Of a stretch of 64,000 bases of DNA, positions 62,101-64,000 are shown in pieces (position 1 is the stretch's first letter; each line of letters begins with the position of its first letter). The stretch covers positions 386,074,001 through 386,138,000 of the forward strand of contig OZ024741.1 of NCBI GenBank assembly GCA_964016885.1, written 5' to 3'. Made by a program: the position numbers and the translations under genes. The notes under the pieces are model-generated. The model did not search any database and was not told where the DNA came from. It saw nothing but the letters and a program-made list of their open reading frames with translations. Source of the DNA: Eledone cirrhosa. Taxonomy: Eukaryota.

Positions 62101-64000
62101 TAGTTATAGTTGTTGTTGTGTTAGTTATAGTTGTTGTTGCAGTAGTTATAGTTGTTGTTTAATAGTTATAGTTGTTGTTGTAATAGTTATAGTTGTTGTT
62201 GTAATAGTTATAGTTGTTGTTGTAGTAGTTATAATTGTTGTAGTAGTTATAGTTGTTGTTGTAATAGTTATAGTTGTTGTTGTGGTAGTTATAGTTGTTG
62301 TTGTGTTAGTTATAGTTGTTGTTTAATAGTTATAGTTGTTGTTGTAATAGTTATAGTTGTTGTTGTAGTAGTTATAGTTGTTGTTGTAGTAGTTATAGTT
62401 GTTGTTGTGGTAGTTATAGTTGTTGTTGTAGTAGTTATAGTTGTTGTTGTGGTAGTTATAGTTGTTGTTGTGGTAGTTATAGTTGTTGTTGTAGTAGTTA
62501 TAGTTGTTGTTGTGGTAGTTATAGTTGTTGTTGTGGTAGTTATAGTTGTTGTTTAATAGTTATAGTTGTTTGTGTTGTAGTTATAGTTGTTGTTGTAATA
62601 GTTATAGTTTTGATGTAGTAGTTATAGTTGTTGTTGTGGTAGTTATAGTTGTTGTTGTAGTAGTTATAGTTGTTGTTGTGGTAGTTATAGTTGTTGTTGT
62701 GGTAGTTATAGTTGTTGTTTAATAGTTATAGTTGTTTGTGTTGTAGTTATAGTTGTTGATGTAGTAGTTATAGTTGTTGTTGTAGTAGTTATAGTTGTTG
62801 TTGTGGTAGTTATAGTTGTTGTTGTGGTAGTTATAGTTGTTGTTATAGTAGTTATAGTTGTTGTTGTGGTAGTTATAGTTGTTGCAGTAGTTATAGTTGT
62901 TGTTGTAGTTATAGTTGTTGTTGTGGTAGTTATAGTTGTTGTTGCAGTTGTTATAGTTGTTGTTGTGGTAGTTATAGTTGTTGTTGTAGTAGTTATAGTT
63001 GTTGTTGTGGTAGTTATAGTTGTCGTTGTGGTAGTTATAGTTGTTGTTGTAGTAGTTATAGTTGTTGCAGTAGTTATAGTTGTTGTTGTGGTAGTTATAG
63101 ATGTTGTTGTGGTAGTTTTAGTTGTTGTTGTGGTAGTTATAGTTGTTGTTGTGGTAGTTACAATTGTTGCAGTAGTTATAGTTGTTGTTGTGGTAGTTAT
63201 AGTTGTTGTTGTAGTAGTTATAGTTGTTGTTGTGGTAGTTATAGTTGTTGTTGTAGTAGTTATAGTTGTTGTTGTGGTAGTTATAGTTGTTGTTGTGGTA
63301 GTTATAGTTGTTGTTGTGGTAGTTATAGTTGTTGTTGTATTAGTTATAGTTGTTGTTGTGGTAGTTATATTTGTTGTTGTGGTAGTTATAGTTGTTGTTG
63401 TAGTAGTTATAGTTGTTGTTGTGGTAGTTATAGTTGTTGTTGTAGTAGTTATAGTTGTTGTTGTGGTAGTTATAGTTGTTGTTGTGGTAGTTATAGTTGT
63501 TGTTGTGGTAGTTATATTTGTTGTTGTGGTAGTTATAGTTGTTGTTGTGGTAGTTATAGTTGTTGTTGTAGTAGTTATAGTTGTTGTTGTGGTAGTTATA
63601 GTTGTTGTTGTGGTAGTTATAGTTGTTGTTGCGGTAGTTATAGTTGTTGTTGTAGTAGTGATAGTTGTTGTTGTAGTAGTTATAGTTGTTGTTGTGGTAG
63701 TTATAGTTGTTGTTGTGGTAGTTATAATTTTTGTTGTAGTAGTTATAGTTGTTGTTGTGGTAGTTATAGTTGTCGTTGTAGTAGTTATAGTTGTTGTTGT
63801 GGTAGTTATAGTTGTTGTTGTAGTAGTTATAGTTGTTGTTGTATTAGTTATAATTGTTGTTGTAGTAGTTATAGTTGTTGTTGTGGTAGTTATAATTGTT
63901 GTTGTAGTAGTTATAGTTGTTGTTGTGGTAGTTATAGTTGTTGTTGTTGTAGTTATAGTTGTTGTTGCAGTAGTTATAGTTGTTGTTGTAGTAGTTATAG
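50105..64000. repeat. Satellite domain E: distinct subfamily with five-TTAA type III cassettes (~50828-51614, 52353-53121, 53347-54133, 58978-59763, 61963-62748)
   Basis: TTAA spacing is 185/164/230/167. Characteristic variants are GTTGATGTA, ATAGATG, GTACTT, GTAGTGATA and TTTGCA, with frequent GTAATA and GTGTTA. GTCATA (last seen at 49293) and GTAGTATATATA are absent. Confidence 0.88.

Larger units (their letters stand above)
1..64000. repeat. 21-bp tandem satellite array, consensus ATAGTTGTTGTTGTDGTAGTT (reverse complement AACTACHACAACAACAACTAT), running off both window ends
   Basis: GTTATAGTT recurs every 21 bp (sometimes 18, 20 or 24) across the whole window in one orientation. Three main variants differ at the fifth triplet (GTG, GTA, GTT). 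There are also 18-bp forms lacking one GTT (e.g. ATAGTTGTTGCAGTAGTT). No non-repeat sequence was seen. Confidence 0.99.

Noticed and set aside
7309-62748. TTAA sites as piggyBac target sites or excision footprints
   Set aside because: The TTAA monomer is explained by a single G deletion from the co-occurring GTTGTAATAGTT variant. No terminal inverted repeats or transposase remnants are present.
1-64000. Telomerase-synthesised telomeric tract (G/T-rich strand, 21-bp unit as in some budding yeasts)
   Set aside because: There is no G-run core, and the array is very long. Kilobase-scale duplications that preserve ordered rare variants point to recombination or replication-based amplification rather than templated addition.
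1-64000. Bisulfite-converted or otherwise artefactual C-depleted sequence
   Set aside because: Residual Cs are mostly non-CpG (GCA, GTCA, GCT, ACA, ACT) and recur at fixed positions in duplicated blocks, which fits inherited variants rather than conversion or random error.
1-64000. G-quadruplex, hairpin/terminator or structured ncRNA potential
   Set aside because: There is usually at most one GG per 21 bp, almost no C on the + strand for pairing, and no inverted copy of the repeat.

Overview
The entire 64 kb window is one uninterrupted, single-orientation tandem satellite array. The monomer is 21 bp, consensus ATAGTTGTTGTTGT(G/A/T)GTAGTT: six GTN triplets plus one ATA, apparently derived from a (GTT/AAC)n microsatellite. 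That gives roughly 3,000 copies (64000/21, an estimate). The + strand is almost free of C (G-type monomer: 11 T, 7 G, 3 A, 0 C). I see no unique sequence, gene, RNA gene, transposon, CRISPR array or inversion. All ORFs in the track (poly-Val, Cys/Ser, poly-Thr) are best explained as read-through of a stop-free triplet-periodic repeat. The real structure is higher-order. A conserved ~430 bp landmark cassette, built from 20-bp TTAA-containing monomers and other rare variants, recurs at irregular 1.2-8.5 kb intervals. The array splits into about five domains with private diagnostic variants, nested duplications (60, 144, 855, 2215, 2455, 3825, 4149, 5325 bp offsets) and a sharp subfamily switch at ~49.4 kb. 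It looks like eukaryotic heterochromatic (pericentromeric, centromeric or subtelomeric) satellite, but I do not recognise the family or organism, and the sequence alone does not support a novel gene system.
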